Below are positions 9,874 to 19,033 of a stretch of 64,000 nucleotides of DNA, in pieces (within the stretch, counting starts at the first letter, position 1; each line of letters begins with the position of its first letter). The translations under genes were made by a program, and so were the position numbers. The notes beneath the pieces are model-generated. The model ran no database searches and was not told the origin of the DNA. It was given only the letters and a program-made list of their open reading frames with translations. This DNA comes from Longimicrobiales bacterium (GTDB lineage Bacteria > Gemmatimonadota > Gemmatimonadetes > Longimicrobiales > Gaopeijiaceae), in NCBI GenBank assembly GCA_965248195.1, contig CBDFIQ010000002.1:1792001-1856000 (forward strand), read 5' to 3'.

Positions 9874-9923
9874 CGCAAGCGGAAACGCTACCGTCAGTAC
9901 TCACAGTGAGCGTGTAACGTTGG
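9874..9923 (-). repeat. Repeat C copy 1
   Basis: 42/50 identical to 10507-10556; supplies the -35 of TTGCGG-17bp-TAACAT. Confidence 0.8.
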
Positions 9924-9926
9924 AAA

Positions 9927-9959
9927 ACGACCACCTCCGAGCGATGGGGGTGGCCGTCG
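9927..9959. terminator. Repeat B copy 2, GC hairpin
   Basis: Matches 9321-9353; ~60 nt downstream of the stop at 10018. Confidence 0.65.
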
Positions 9960-10017
9960 CGCTTGACCCGGTCCTTCTTGATGGTGTTAGGCCACCGCCC
10001 TCGATCCCCAAGGTTCC

Positions 10018-10443
10018 CTACATAGGTTCGGGAGGAGCCAAGTAAAGCTCTCTCCTGATCACGTCTCTCATCGGCACAAACTCCTCCGCGGCAAGCTCCG
10101 CATACGGCCGCCCGAAGAGGCTTCTGGATGCTTCGTCATACGCCTGATCGCTGTTGCTGTAGTCCTCCCAGGACTCGTATGCAATGATCAGCAGGTGTGT
10201 CCCGTTGGCCATGTTCCCCGCTTGCTTGATCAGCATCATCTGACTGACTGCTCCGCCCCTTCGGATCACCTCCTCCGTAATGGGCTGGTCGAACTCCTGG
10301 ATCGCCTGGGTATACGCACTCTCCTGTCCGGGGTGCGCACGAAGCTCATTCACGGACCAGACATGACCAGCTTCTGCCTGAGCAAGCGCTACTTGAGGGG
10401 CCAGGAGTGCCAACGATACGACGAGCATGACGATACGAAGCAT
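10018..10443 (-). CDS. Secreted hypothetical protein (possible dimeric alpha/beta barrel)
   Basis: GGAGG RBS; signal peptide ending ALA-Q; YESWEDY pattern. Confidence 0.7.
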   Translation of the reverse strand: MLRIVMLVVSLALLAPQVALAQAEAGHVWSVNELRAHPGQESAYTQAIQEFDQPITEEVIRRGGAVSQMMLIKQAGNMANGTHLLIIAYESWEDYSNSDQAYDEASRSLFGRPYAELAAEEFVPMRDVIRRELYLAPPEPM

Positions 10444-10506
10444 GAGAACCTCCAGAGCGGGATGTCCGATTCGCCCTGCTGAGATTATCGGACGGGGAAG
10501 GTTAGG

Positions 10507-10556
10507 CGCAAGCCGAAACGTTACCGTCAATATTCACAGTGGATTTGTAACGTTGG
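10507..10556 (-). repeat. Repeat C copy 2
   Basis: Matches 9874-9923; lies upstream of the 10018-10443 gene. Confidence 0.8.
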
Positions 10557-10716
10557 CCGAACCTGCTCGTATGGCGCGCTCCCCTCGCGGTGGTGATGCC
10601 ATAGCGCGGGGAGAGGCCGAACGTGACCTCAGTGGGAGCCATGCCCGTTTCGGGATATTCGCGGCGCACGGTCAGGCGGAACCTGTCAACGACAATGGGA
10701 CACTCTACGGGATTAA

Positions 10717-11724
10717 TTAGAGAGCAATATCCTGTGTGGTGAGGGAAGGGATGGGAGGATTGATGTAGACGGCCTCCGGGAGCGGTTTGGGCTTCGGCAC
10801 ACCTGTGACGAAGCGTTCGGGATGAGCGGCCCATGCTTCGCGGAGCACGGATTTCCTGCCGGCAATGACCTGATCGGCGTTCCCGAAGTGGACCTGCTCG
10901 GGGGTTAGCATCGAGATACCGCCATGGCGGTGCTCGGCATTGTACCAGCGGAAGAACGATCGACACAACGTCTTGGCCTGGCCCTGATCCCCGAACCGCC
11001 CGGGAAACGAGGGATGGTACTTCAAGGTTTTGAACTGAGCCTCGGAAAACGGGTTGTCATCCGACACCTGAGGCCGGCTCAACGAGCGAGTCACGCCGAG
11101 GTCAGCGAGAAGTTGAGCGGTGCATTGGCTCGTCATTGGAGCTCCCCGATCCGAGTGCAGGGTCAGGACCCGGGGCTGGACGCCATGCTTCAGGCAGCTC
11201 TGCTGGATCAACCGGCCGGCCAGGGCCGAGTTCTCCCGGTCCGCCACCATCCAGCCCACGACGTAGCGGCTGTAGATGTCCATGATGACGTAGAGGTAGT
11301 AATAGCTCCACTTCTTCGGCCCGAGTAGCCGCGTGATATCCCAGGACCACACCTGGTTCGGCGCCGTGGCCATCAACTCGGGCTTCTTGTACTCGGGATG
11401 GGTGCGCTGCGCCCGGCGTTCCTGAACCGGCACCTCGGAGGCCAGAACACGATACATCGTGCGTTCGCTGCACAGGTAGACCTCTTCGTCGAGCAGCGTG
11501 GCCACCACCTCGGCGGGTGAGCGGTCCACGAACCGCTCCGAACACAGCGTGTCGAAGACCTCGCCTCGTTCCGTCTCGCTCAATGCCCGGGCGGGCGTCG
11601 GGCGGGGCTGCCGTTGCCCGGTCGATGGGCCTCGACGACGGTAGAACGTCGATCGGGAGACCTCGAGAGCCGCGCACGCCGGTTTTACACCGACGTGCTT
11701 AGCCAGCTCATCGGCCGCCTTCAA
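10717..11724 (-). CDS. IS3 transposase OrfB
   Basis: Identical protein to 2499-3506. Confidence 0.95.
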   Translation of the reverse strand: MKAADELAKHVGVKPACAALEVSRSTFYRRRGPSTGQRQPRPTPARALSETERGEVFDTLCSERFVDRSPAEVVATLLDEEVYLCSERTMYRVLASEVPVQERRAQRTHPEYKKPELMATAPNQVWSWDITRLLGPKKWSYYYLYVIMDIYSRYVVGWMVADRENSALAGRLIQQSCLKHGVQPRVLTLHSDRGAPMTSQCTAQLLADLGVTRSLSRPQVSDDNPFSEAQFKTLKYHPSFPGRFGDQGQAKTLCRSFFRWYNAEHRHGGISMLTPEQVHFGNADQVIAGRKSVLREAWAAHPERFVTGVPKPKPLPEAVYINPPIPSLTTQDIAL

Positions 11725-12170
11725 GAGTTCGTCCCGTCGTCGAGGCTTATCCCCAGCAGCCCCGCAACTTTTCCCTGCACGTCGATGATCAGGTGTGCCT
11801 TCCTGAGCTCATTCTCGAGCCGTGCGTTTTGCCGCTCCAGCTTGCGTACCTTCTCATCCAGCGGATTCCGCTCCGGCTTGCGGCCGCGTTTCTTCGACAG
11901 GGCCTTCAGCGACCCGCTATGCGCCGCCTTGCGCCACGTCGTCAGGTGCGACGAGTACAGGCCCTCGCGCCGCAGGAGCTGACCCACCTCGCCGGGCTCG
12001 GTGCACCGGTCCGCTTCTTCGACGATCCGCAGCTTGTACGATGGACTGAACCGCCGGCGTAGCGGCCTATCTACTACCTCCGGGTCCGCAGGAGCTGCCG
12101 CGCTTCGCTTGGCCTCCCCGATTCCAGGGGCACTACCATTCTCTTCCATTCTCTCTCGCAGTCCCAACAT
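11721..12170 (-). CDS. IS3 transposase OrfA
   Basis: Identical protein to 2053-2502. Confidence 0.92.
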   Translation of the reverse strand: MLGLRERMEENGSAPGIGEAKRSAAAPADPEVVDRPLRRRFSPSYKLRIVEEADRCTEPGEVGQLLRREGLYSSHLTTWRKAAHSGSLKALSKKRGRKPERNPLDEKVRKLERQNARLENELRKAHLIIDVQGKVAGLLGISLDDGTNS

Positions 12171-12554
12171 GTTCGTTTTCTCTGCCTTCGCCCTACTCTA
12201 ATTCTTTGCGTGCTCCGTGTCTCACGTACGTTGGCAGAGAGGGAGGCGGGGATCGCATGGGCGTTGGATCGAACTGTTGAAGACGGCGTTTAGGTTCCCA
12301 CGAGAGCAATCCCGTGCGGTGAAGCTATGGGCGATGAGTGTTGAAGATGCCGCAATAGCTCTTCTGCCAGTGCGCCACGTTATCGATTCCTTCGTGTGGG
12401 TCCTTTTGCCCTTGCGATCACGAACGCGGCGAGTTCAGTCCAACGAACTAGAGACGGCTTCAATTCTTCGAGAATCTCGTTGGCAGTCGTGCCTCTGAAG
12501 GATCCCTTGTACCTCTTCGTTTTCTTTGCCTTGTACGCCGCTACAGCACGACGG

Positions 12555-13930
12555 GGTAGTGTCCCTAGATTTGTGTAAAAGCGGATAAGCTGGACAGGAG
12601 GGAAAGAAAAACGGAAGCTCCTCTGTTGTTGTTCACTGTCACATGAACCCGGGAGTCCGGGTCTGCAGAGCAGGCTCGGAACCGGAGAGGAGCTTCCGAT
12701 GCAAGAGATTGTGGAGATCGGTCGGGCCACGCAAGACGAGCTACGCGATGATTTGCGCGAGCTGTTTCAAGGCGCGATCCGGCTGACGCTCGAGATGGTG
12801 CTGGAAGAGGAGCTGAAGGCCATGGTAGGTGCACGCCGCTTCGAGCGGGTGGGAAGCCGGAAGGACCATAGGAACGGCACATACCTGAGGCGGCTGCTGA
12901 CGAGCCTGGGGCAGATCGAGGTCGCCATGCCCCGGAGCCGGGACAACGGTTCGCCGGCCGACGTGATCGGCCGCTACCAGCGCAGGAGCCCCGAGCTCGA
13001 CGAGATGATGGTCGAGGCGTATGTGAGCGGCGTGTCACAGCGCAAGATGGGCGACGTCACCGAGGCGCTGATGGGCGAGCGTGTTGGGCGCTCGACGGTG
13101 AGTCGTGTGGCAAAACGGCTCGACGAGGCCGTGGAAGGGCTGCGCCGTGCGCCGATCGAGGGGCCTCACCCCTATCTGTACCTGGACGCCACGTTCTTGG
13201 ACGCCCGCTGGGCCCGCAAAGTCGAGAACGTGAGTGCGCTCGTGGCGTATGCAGTGGGCCCTGAGGGTCACCGACGGCTCCTGGCCGTCACGCTGGGCGC
13301 TGAGGAGTCGCAGCGGAGCTGGTCGGAGCTCCTCGAGCAACTCCAGGACCGCGGCCTCGGCGGTGTCGAGCTCGTGATCGCCGATGAGCACGCAGGCCTG
13401 GCAGCTGCGGTCCGCCGCTTCCTGCCCGAGGCACGCCGTCAGAGGTGTACGGTCCATCTGCAGCGTAATGTGGGGGCGAGGGTCCCCCACCGCCTACGCA
13501 AGCGCGTGGCGCGTGAGGTCTCGGTGATCTTCCAGACATCCGGACTCGCCGAGGCGAAGAAGCTCCTGGGCGAGTTCGGCGCACGCTGGAAGAAGGAGCT
13601 GCCCGAGGCCGTGGAGGTCCTGGAGCGGGGCTTCGGGGCAGCGACGCAGTTCTACGCGTTCCCCGAGGCGCACTGGCCCCGGCTGCGTACCACCAACAGC
13701 CTCGAGCGGCTGCACGGCGAGATCAAACGCAGGATCAAGGCCGCCGGCGCCTTCCCGGACCGGGCCAGCGCCCTCAGGCTCATCACGGCCGTCGCACTCA
13801 GGACCACACACGTCTGGGGCGACCGGCGTTACCTCGACCTCTCACTCCTCCAGAAACAGGAGGTCGCCCAAGCAGCCTAGCCGAAGGCGAGGAGCTTCCT
13901 CCGCTTTTACACACAAATCGGGACTTGACC
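12555..13930 (+). mobile_element. IS256-family element, no TSD
   Basis: IRs GGTAGTGTCCCTAGATTTGTGTAAAAGCGG / GGTCAAGTCCCGATTTGTGTGTAAAAGCGG; flanks do not match. Confidence 0.9.
12699..13880 (+). CDS. IS256 (Mutator-type) transposase
   Basis: RNG..R.L.T..G.I...PR.R, YLYLDAT, IADEHAGL, QRCTVH, RTTNSLERLHGEIKRR. Confidence 0.95.
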   Translation: MQEIVEIGRATQDELRDDLRELFQGAIRLTLEMVLEEELKAMVGARRFERVGSRKDHRNGTYLRRLLTSLGQIEVAMPRSRDNGSPADVIGRYQRRSPELDEMMVEAYVSGVSQRKMGDVTEALMGERVGRSTVSRVAKRLDEAVEGLRRAPIEGPHPYLYLDATFLDARWARKVENVSALVAYAVGPEGHRRLLAVTLGAEESQRSWSELLEQLQDRGLGGVELVIADEHAGLAAAVRRFLPEARRQRCTVHLQRNVGARVPHRLRKRVAREVSVIFQTSGLAEAKKLLGEFGARWKKELPEAVEVLERGFGAATQFYAFPEAHWPRLRTTNSLERLHGEIKRRIKAAGAFPDRASALRLITAVALRTTHVWGDRRYLDLSLLQKQEVAQAA

Positions 13931-14403
13931 TTCTTAGCCCCGATCCTATGGATCCTTGAACGGTGGAGAAAATCGAAAACGCAATCGGAGGGTGCTCTAA
14001 GAACACAAAAAGTCTTCGTTAATTTATTTACAGCGGTTCCTTACATAATGGTGTGTTTGATCCTGATTTTTTACAGAGAGTGAATTTGTGCATTCGTTGA
14101 GCTTAGCTCCGATGATCACCACCCCCAAACAATGTTCACTGAACATATAAATCCAACCCCACAAACACTCGCGTGGGGCTATAACATCCATAAGGAGTCT
14201 CTAGGGGGCCCATGGGGGGCAGTGGGTGGGTTTGAGGCGTGTGGGGCAGGGGAGTACTGTCGGTAGGAACTGTCGGTTACTGTCCGCTTACTGTCGATTC
14301 GAGGCGGCAGATTCTGACATTGACTGAGGCGGATAACGGCATATCGTGCAGCCCGCCAATGGTTTATGTCGTTTCTTGTCGGAATCCAGTACCTATTTGA
14401 ACT

Positions 14404-14459
14404 TGCCTCCTAAGCAGTAGGTCGCTGGTTCGATTCCTGCCGGGGACGTTTAGGGAACG
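14404..14459 (+). repeat. attR-like duplicate of the tRNA-Arg 3' half
   Basis: TGCCTCCTAAGCAGTAGGTCGC..CCTGCCGGGGACG.TTAGGGAACG; no 5' half. Confidence 0.9.
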
Positions 14460-14488
14460 GGCACGCAGGTCCAGGCAGCCTCAGCCCG

Positions 14489-15526
14489 CTAAAACGTCGC
14501 GATCGGATTGATCGGCGAGCCCATCCCCATTTCGATTCTCAAAGGCGCCGCCGTGAACAGGAACTCGTACCTGCCTAGACTCCTGGCCACTTCGGCGAGC
14601 CGCTCGAAGTCGAGGTTGTCGAAGATCCCGGTCCCCAGCGAGACCAGCGCGAGCCGGTGTAACGGGAGACGCTCCTCGTCCGAGAACTCGTGGGGGAAGA
14701 CGTCGTTCCACATGTCGTGGCCGATGAACGACACGCCCCGCTCCTTCATGAAGTAGGCGACATCGGCGTGGTACCCGGCGACACCCTCCGAGGTCGGCCA
14801 GGGCCCCAGCGCTGCACGCCTTTTCCAGCGACCCGTGTAGAGCAGGATCACGTCACCCGGCTCGACCCGCACGCCCTCGATCTCTTCCAGGGCCTCGAGG
14901 TCCGCGGCTCGGATCGCGGTCCCGGGTTCGACCCACCCCTCAGGGGTAGCGTTGCCTGGCAGGAGCGTCGCGTCGAACAGGATGCCGCGCGTGACGATGC
15001 CGTCCTTCAGGGCGTTGATGCTCCCCCTCGGGCACCCACCCGCCGCCTCGATCTCCTCCATCGACACCCCGTTGTACCCCTTGCCCTCGTACATGATGTG
15101 GCAATCGACCGCATCGAGGTGGCTGTGGATGACGCCGTGATAGGTCCCGGTGTACTGATACTGGTCGGCGGCGCCCGTCTCGCTGACCCGCAGCACTTCA
15201 CGGTTCAGAATCGTGGTGGCGTCGAGTGCCGTTTCCTGCACAACATCGTGCGCGAGCGAAACACTTAGCCCTTCGGTCACGAGCGCGGCCGCGGCCCTCC
15301 GCTTGGCTGGCGTGATGAGGTTCGCTGCACCCAATTCGTCATCCGGTCCCCAGCGGTCCCAGTTCGAGAGTTCCTCCATCGCCCGCTGGTAGTCCGCCAC
15401 GGTAGCCATCGCGGGGTAGCCCTGGTCCTCGGTCTCGGTTTCGTTCTCGGCGCCACAGGCGATTAGTCCTGTGGTCAGCAGCAAAGCCGCCACGCTTCCG
15501 GCCCACCGCGATCCTTGTCGTAACAT
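14489..15526 (-). CDS. Cyclase / kynurenine-formamidase-like metal hydrolase, lipoprotein
   Basis: NWDRWGPDDELGAAN, HSHLDA, GDVILLYTG, GSPINPIA; AAGGAGG RBS; LIAC lipobox. Confidence 0.88.
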   Translation of the reverse strand: MLRQGSRWAGSVAALLLTTGLIACGAENETETEDQGYPAMATVADYQRAMEELSNWDRWGPDDELGAANLITPAKRRAAAALVTEGLSVSLAHDVVQETALDATTILNREVLRVSETGAADQYQYTGTYHGVIHSHLDAVDCHIMYEGKGYNGVSMEEIEAAGGCPRGSINALKDGIVTRGILFDATLLPGNATPEGWVEPGTAIRAADLEALEEIEGVRVEPGDVILLYTGRWKRRAALGPWPTSEGVAGYHADVAYFMKERGVSFIGHDMWNDVFPHEFSDEERLPLHRLALVSLGTGIFDNLDFERLAEVARSLGRYEFLFTAAPLRIEMGMGSPINPIATF

Positions 15527-15760
15527 GGTTCCTCCTTTTCGGCCGCCGCATCGATAGAGGGACGGGGCGCCGGACATAGCGCACTCGGGGATCACACCGA
15601 GGTCAACATCCTATGGGCATGCGGGTGGGCGCAAGCATCGGCACCGACTCTGCGAATGGGCCGGTGTGATAATGCGGCGCTATACTTTGCGGATCGGGCC
15701 GTTGGTGTGTCAGATTACGATGTGCCCGACTCCTCCCTTTTTTCCGCCTCACCCAACGCC

Positions 15761-16483
15761 ATGCCCATCTGCAAGCCCAAGACAAAGAGCCTCGGCCTCT
15801 CATTCCTGTTAGCGCTTACGGCGACCGCGATCGGCGTCGTGCCTCTCTCCGGTCAAACAGCCGATACGACGCCCTGGAAGGTCTCCAACGGACAGTTCGC
15901 TTCTGGTGTCGGCGGCATGTCCCTGGCGCTCGTTCCGATCATCTTCAACATCCACGGGGGTTTGCCGAGCTGCGCGCCTTGTGATCCTGCCACCCTTCCT
16001 GGCATCGATCGCTGGGCGGTTTCTACTGAGGGGTCGGCGTGGAACATCGCCAGCTGGGTAGGGGAATTCGGGCTGTTGGCGGGCACATGGTACGAGCTGT
16101 ACAAGCTGCCAAACGGGACCAAACACCTGGCGGCTTCGGTCGAGGCGGCAGCGTGGAACTTCGGCGTGACTCGCTTGGCCAAGGCGGTATTCAACCGAAA
16201 TCGCCCGGTCCTCTACACCGAGGATAGCATCGAGGCCCAGGAGAGCCTGAGCAGCCACCGATCCATGTACTCCGGTCACACTTCGACCGCGTTTGTCCTC
16301 GCCACTTCATACGTTCTGAGCATGAGCGACAAGAACGGCCTGGACCGGTTCTGGCCCCTCATCGCAGCAGCAGGCGTTGGGGCCATGCGCGTGGCAGCGG
16401 GCAAGCACTTCCCGACCGACGTCCTCGTCGGGGCTGTCGCGGGTAGCGGCACGGCGATCGTGCTTCACAAGATTCGCTTTTAG
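15761..16483 (+). CDS. PAP2-family phosphatase
   Basis: K....R.RP, SMYSGH, RVAAGKHFPTDV motifs. Confidence 0.85.
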   Translation: MPICKPKTKSLGLSFLLALTATAIGVVPLSGQTADTTPWKVSNGQFASGVGGMSLALVPIIFNIHGGLPSCAPCDPATLPGIDRWAVSTEGSAWNIASWVGEFGLLAGTWYELYKLPNGTKHLAASVEAAAWNFGVTRLAKAVFNRNRPVLYTEDSIEAQESLSSHRSMYSGHTSTAFVLATSYVLSMSDKNGLDRFWPLIAAAGVGAMRVAAGKHFPTDVLVGAVAGSGTAIVLHKIRF

Positions 16484-16601
16484 CCCACCGGAATCGTCAC
16501 CTGGTCGAAAACATCAACCTCGCCACGGCCGACCTCCGGGCTATATATTCGAAATGCCTTGTTGTTCCTCCCTGTCGCCGTCAGCTCAATAAACTAAGGT
16601 A

Positions 16602-17684
16602 ATGCCCATGCGTCTCCGCCCCCGGCTTCGTTCTCGCACGCCTCTAGGGTGGGTGGCTCTTCTCATCACCTTGGCCGCCATGTCCGGATGTGACATCCCC
16701 ACGACGGCCCCCCTTATCGACGTCCGATGGGTATTTCCTATCGAGGATCAGTCGATTTCCGTGGTCGAGTTCCTTCCGGCCAGCGTGTCCGTCTCGGGTG
16801 GGAGCTTCCAGGTGGACGTGGCCCCGTTCGCGGTGGCCCAGACGCTCGGCGGGGTCTGCCCCGCGTGTGTTGCGCTCAATGGGCAGACGGTGCCCAAGCC
16901 CGCGTTCAACATTTCGTATAATGATACCGGCACGCTTCCGACTGATGTCGTGTCCGTGGAGATGGAAAGCGCGTCGATTTCCTTGGGCATCCAGAACGAC
17001 CTCAGCTTCGACCCCATTCGTCCTGCAGCGGCCAACCCCGGAAGCATGACCATCACCATTTACGACGGAGACATCAGTGGCCGTGTGCTCGGTCAAGTGC
17101 TGTTGGATGGGGCCACCGACGCCCTTCCGAGTGGCATGCTCACGACGGTCCCGCTCAACCTCGCGCCGGGCACCGTCACCCCGACGATTCTGGCCGTGGT
17201 CGATCTGAATTCCCCGCTGGGCGACACCAACGTTCTGATCAACACCGCCGCCGGCCTCGACATCGCGGTGACCGTGGGCACCATTCTCGTTTCGGCCGTT
17301 ACCGTCAACGTGGACGGTCTCACGGTCGATATCGACGAGACCCAGCTGGATCTGGAGGACATCGACGCCGACATCGTGTCCAACGTTCAGACTGGATCAC
17401 TGATCCTGGATGTTCAGAACCCGTTTGGGGTGGCCATCAGCCTCGTGGTGGAAATCGGCGGCCCCGGCATCACCACGATTCAGAGGACCCTGGACATCGG
17501 TAGTGGGCCGACGTCCTCAGCGACACTTTCGTACACGGGAGCCGAGCTCCAAACCTTCCTCGGCAAGCGGGGCGTGTTTTTCCGAGGGTCCGGTACCGTA
17601 ACCGGCGGACCGCTGACGGTTACACCGGATCAGGTGGTGGTGATCGAAGCCACGCTGGATGTCGAGTTGGAGATCGGAGGATGA
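16602..17684 (+). CDS. Beta-rich hypothetical lipoprotein
   Basis: Lipobox MSGC; V/T/D-rich strands; ATGA overlap with the next gene. Confidence 0.75.
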   Translation: MPMRLRPRLRSRTPLGWVALLITLAAMSGCDIPTTAPLIDVRWVFPIEDQSISVVEFLPASVSVSGGSFQVDVAPFAVAQTLGGVCPACVALNGQTVPKPAFNISYNDTGTLPTDVVSVEMESASISLGIQNDLSFDPIRPAAANPGSMTITIYDGDISGRVLGQVLLDGATDALPSGMLTTVPLNLAPGTVTPTILAVVDLNSPLGDTNVLINTAAGLDIAVTVGTILVSAVTVNVDGLTVDIDETQLDLEDIDADIVSNVQTGSLILDVQNPFGVAISLVVEIGGPGITTIQRTLDIGSGPTSSATLSYTGAELQTFLGKRGVFFRGSGTVTGGPLTVTPDQVVVIEATLDVELEIGG

Positions 17685-19003
17685 GGCAGCCTACACGGAG
17701 GTGCGGAGCGATGATGTCGAAGCGAGCAGTGGCCGCGTTGATCCTGTCCGTGGCATTGGGGGTGGCGTCGTTCCCTGGCGCGGCGTCCGGCCAACTTCCC
17801 TCCGCCGGCACCGCCGCACTCGGAACAGCCAATAATTATACGGCTTTGGCGCGGGGCTTTACCGCGATCGCCTTGAATCCTGCGGGCCTGGGCATGCCGG
17901 GAAATCCGGGATTCTCCTTCACGTTATTCCCGGTTCAGGCACAAGCGGGCCTGAACGCCATCAGCGTTGGTGACATCGCGGCGTTCGACGAAATGAAGAT
18001 TCCTGCGACGACGAAGGAGGAGTGGCTCCAGTCCGTCATCGGCGAAGGCGCTCTTACGGCACGAGGCGGCTTTAGCCTGACCGAATTGGCGCTCAGCACA
18101 GGGCCTGTCGGCTTGCAGATCTCGACCGTCGGAGAGGTGAACGCCTCCCTGGGTCCGGATGCTGTCGAGTTGGCCTTGTTCGGAAACGCCGGCCGCACGG
18201 GAACGCCAAGAGACATGACGTTGGCGGGTACGAGCGGCGACGCGTGGGCCGCGACGACGGTTGCAGTCGCGGTAGGGATTCCGTTGCCTGCTCCTGCTTC
18301 GCAGGGTGGAAGCTTGGCGGCGGGAGCAACGCTCAAGTACACCGTCGGGCATGTCGTGGCGGCAGTGCGGAACGAGGGCAGCGTGATTACAGCCAACCCG
18401 ATCGGGATCGACCTCACACTGCCGTCGATCGCGCCGGACAGCTTTACCGCAAACAACGGTACGGGCGTGGGTCTGGATCTCGGCGTGTCGTGGGAGGGCT
18501 CGACCTGGGCGTTGAGTGCCGCGGTGCAGAACGTCTTTCACACGTTTCAATGGGAACTCGACGAACACGCCTACCGGGCGGGCACCGTTTTCGCCAACAG
18601 CAACTCGACCGCTACTGATTTCGACGCGGCTCCGGTGGCGAACGCGCCCGCCGCACTCCGGAATGAACTCTTGGCCCAAAGCTTCGGGACGGCTCTCAAC
18701 CTGGGCGCCGCATACCGTCATTCGGACCGGCTCACCCTGACCGCCGACCTCCGAGCGGACGGCGGGGACGCGCTCGTCATTGGAGAGGGTTCACACATCG
18801 GGGTGGGAGTGGAGTTCCGACCCCTCCCGTTTCTGCCGCTGCGGGGAGGCTTGTCGCGCATTTCGGGCGGCGCCGTGCACTTTGCTGCGGGCCTCGGGCT
18901 GCAGCTGGGTCCGTTGCACTTTTCGGGTGCCTACCTCACCGAAAAGAACTCGGCAGGTGAGTTTCGAGCCGCGAGCTTCGCGTTGTCCTTCGGGCACAGC
19001 TGA
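17681..19003 (+). CDS. Outer-membrane beta-barrel (FadL/TraF/DUF5723-like)
   Basis: Signal peptide; LNPAGL; GVGLDLG; LPLRGG; amphipathic C-terminal strand. Confidence 0.7.
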   Translation: MRQPTRRCGAMMSKRAVAALILSVALGVASFPGAASGQLPSAGTAALGTANNYTALARGFTAIALNPAGLGMPGNPGFSFTLFPVQAQAGLNAISVGDIAAFDEMKIPATTKEEWLQSVIGEGALTARGGFSLTELALSTGPVGLQISTVGEVNASLGPDAVELALFGNAGRTGTPRDMTLAGTSGDAWAATTVAVAVGIPLPAPASQGGSLAAGATLKYTVGHVVAAVRNEGSVITANPIGIDLTLPSIAPDSFTANNGTGVGLDLGVSWEGSTWALSAAVQNVFHTFQWELDEHAYRAGTVFANSNSTATDFDAAPVANAPAALRNELLAQSFGTALNLGAAYRHSDRLTLTADLRADGGDALVIGEGSHIGVGVEFRPLPFLPLRGGLSRISGGAVHFAAGLGLQLGPLHFSGAYLTEKNSAGEFRAASFALSFGHS

Positions 19004-19033
19004 GCCGGCACCGGAACCCGAGAACCCGGCCTG

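Larger units (their letters stand above)
10677..12243 (-). mobile_element. IS3-family insertion sequence, copy 2 (1567 bp, TSD AGG)
   Basis: Same length and same proteins as copy 1, inverted; AGG at 10674-10676 and 12244-12246. Confidence 0.95.

Noticed and set aside
14404..14459. Second tRNA gene
   Set aside because: Only the 3' half is present and the T stem has a mismatch; it is an att duplicate.
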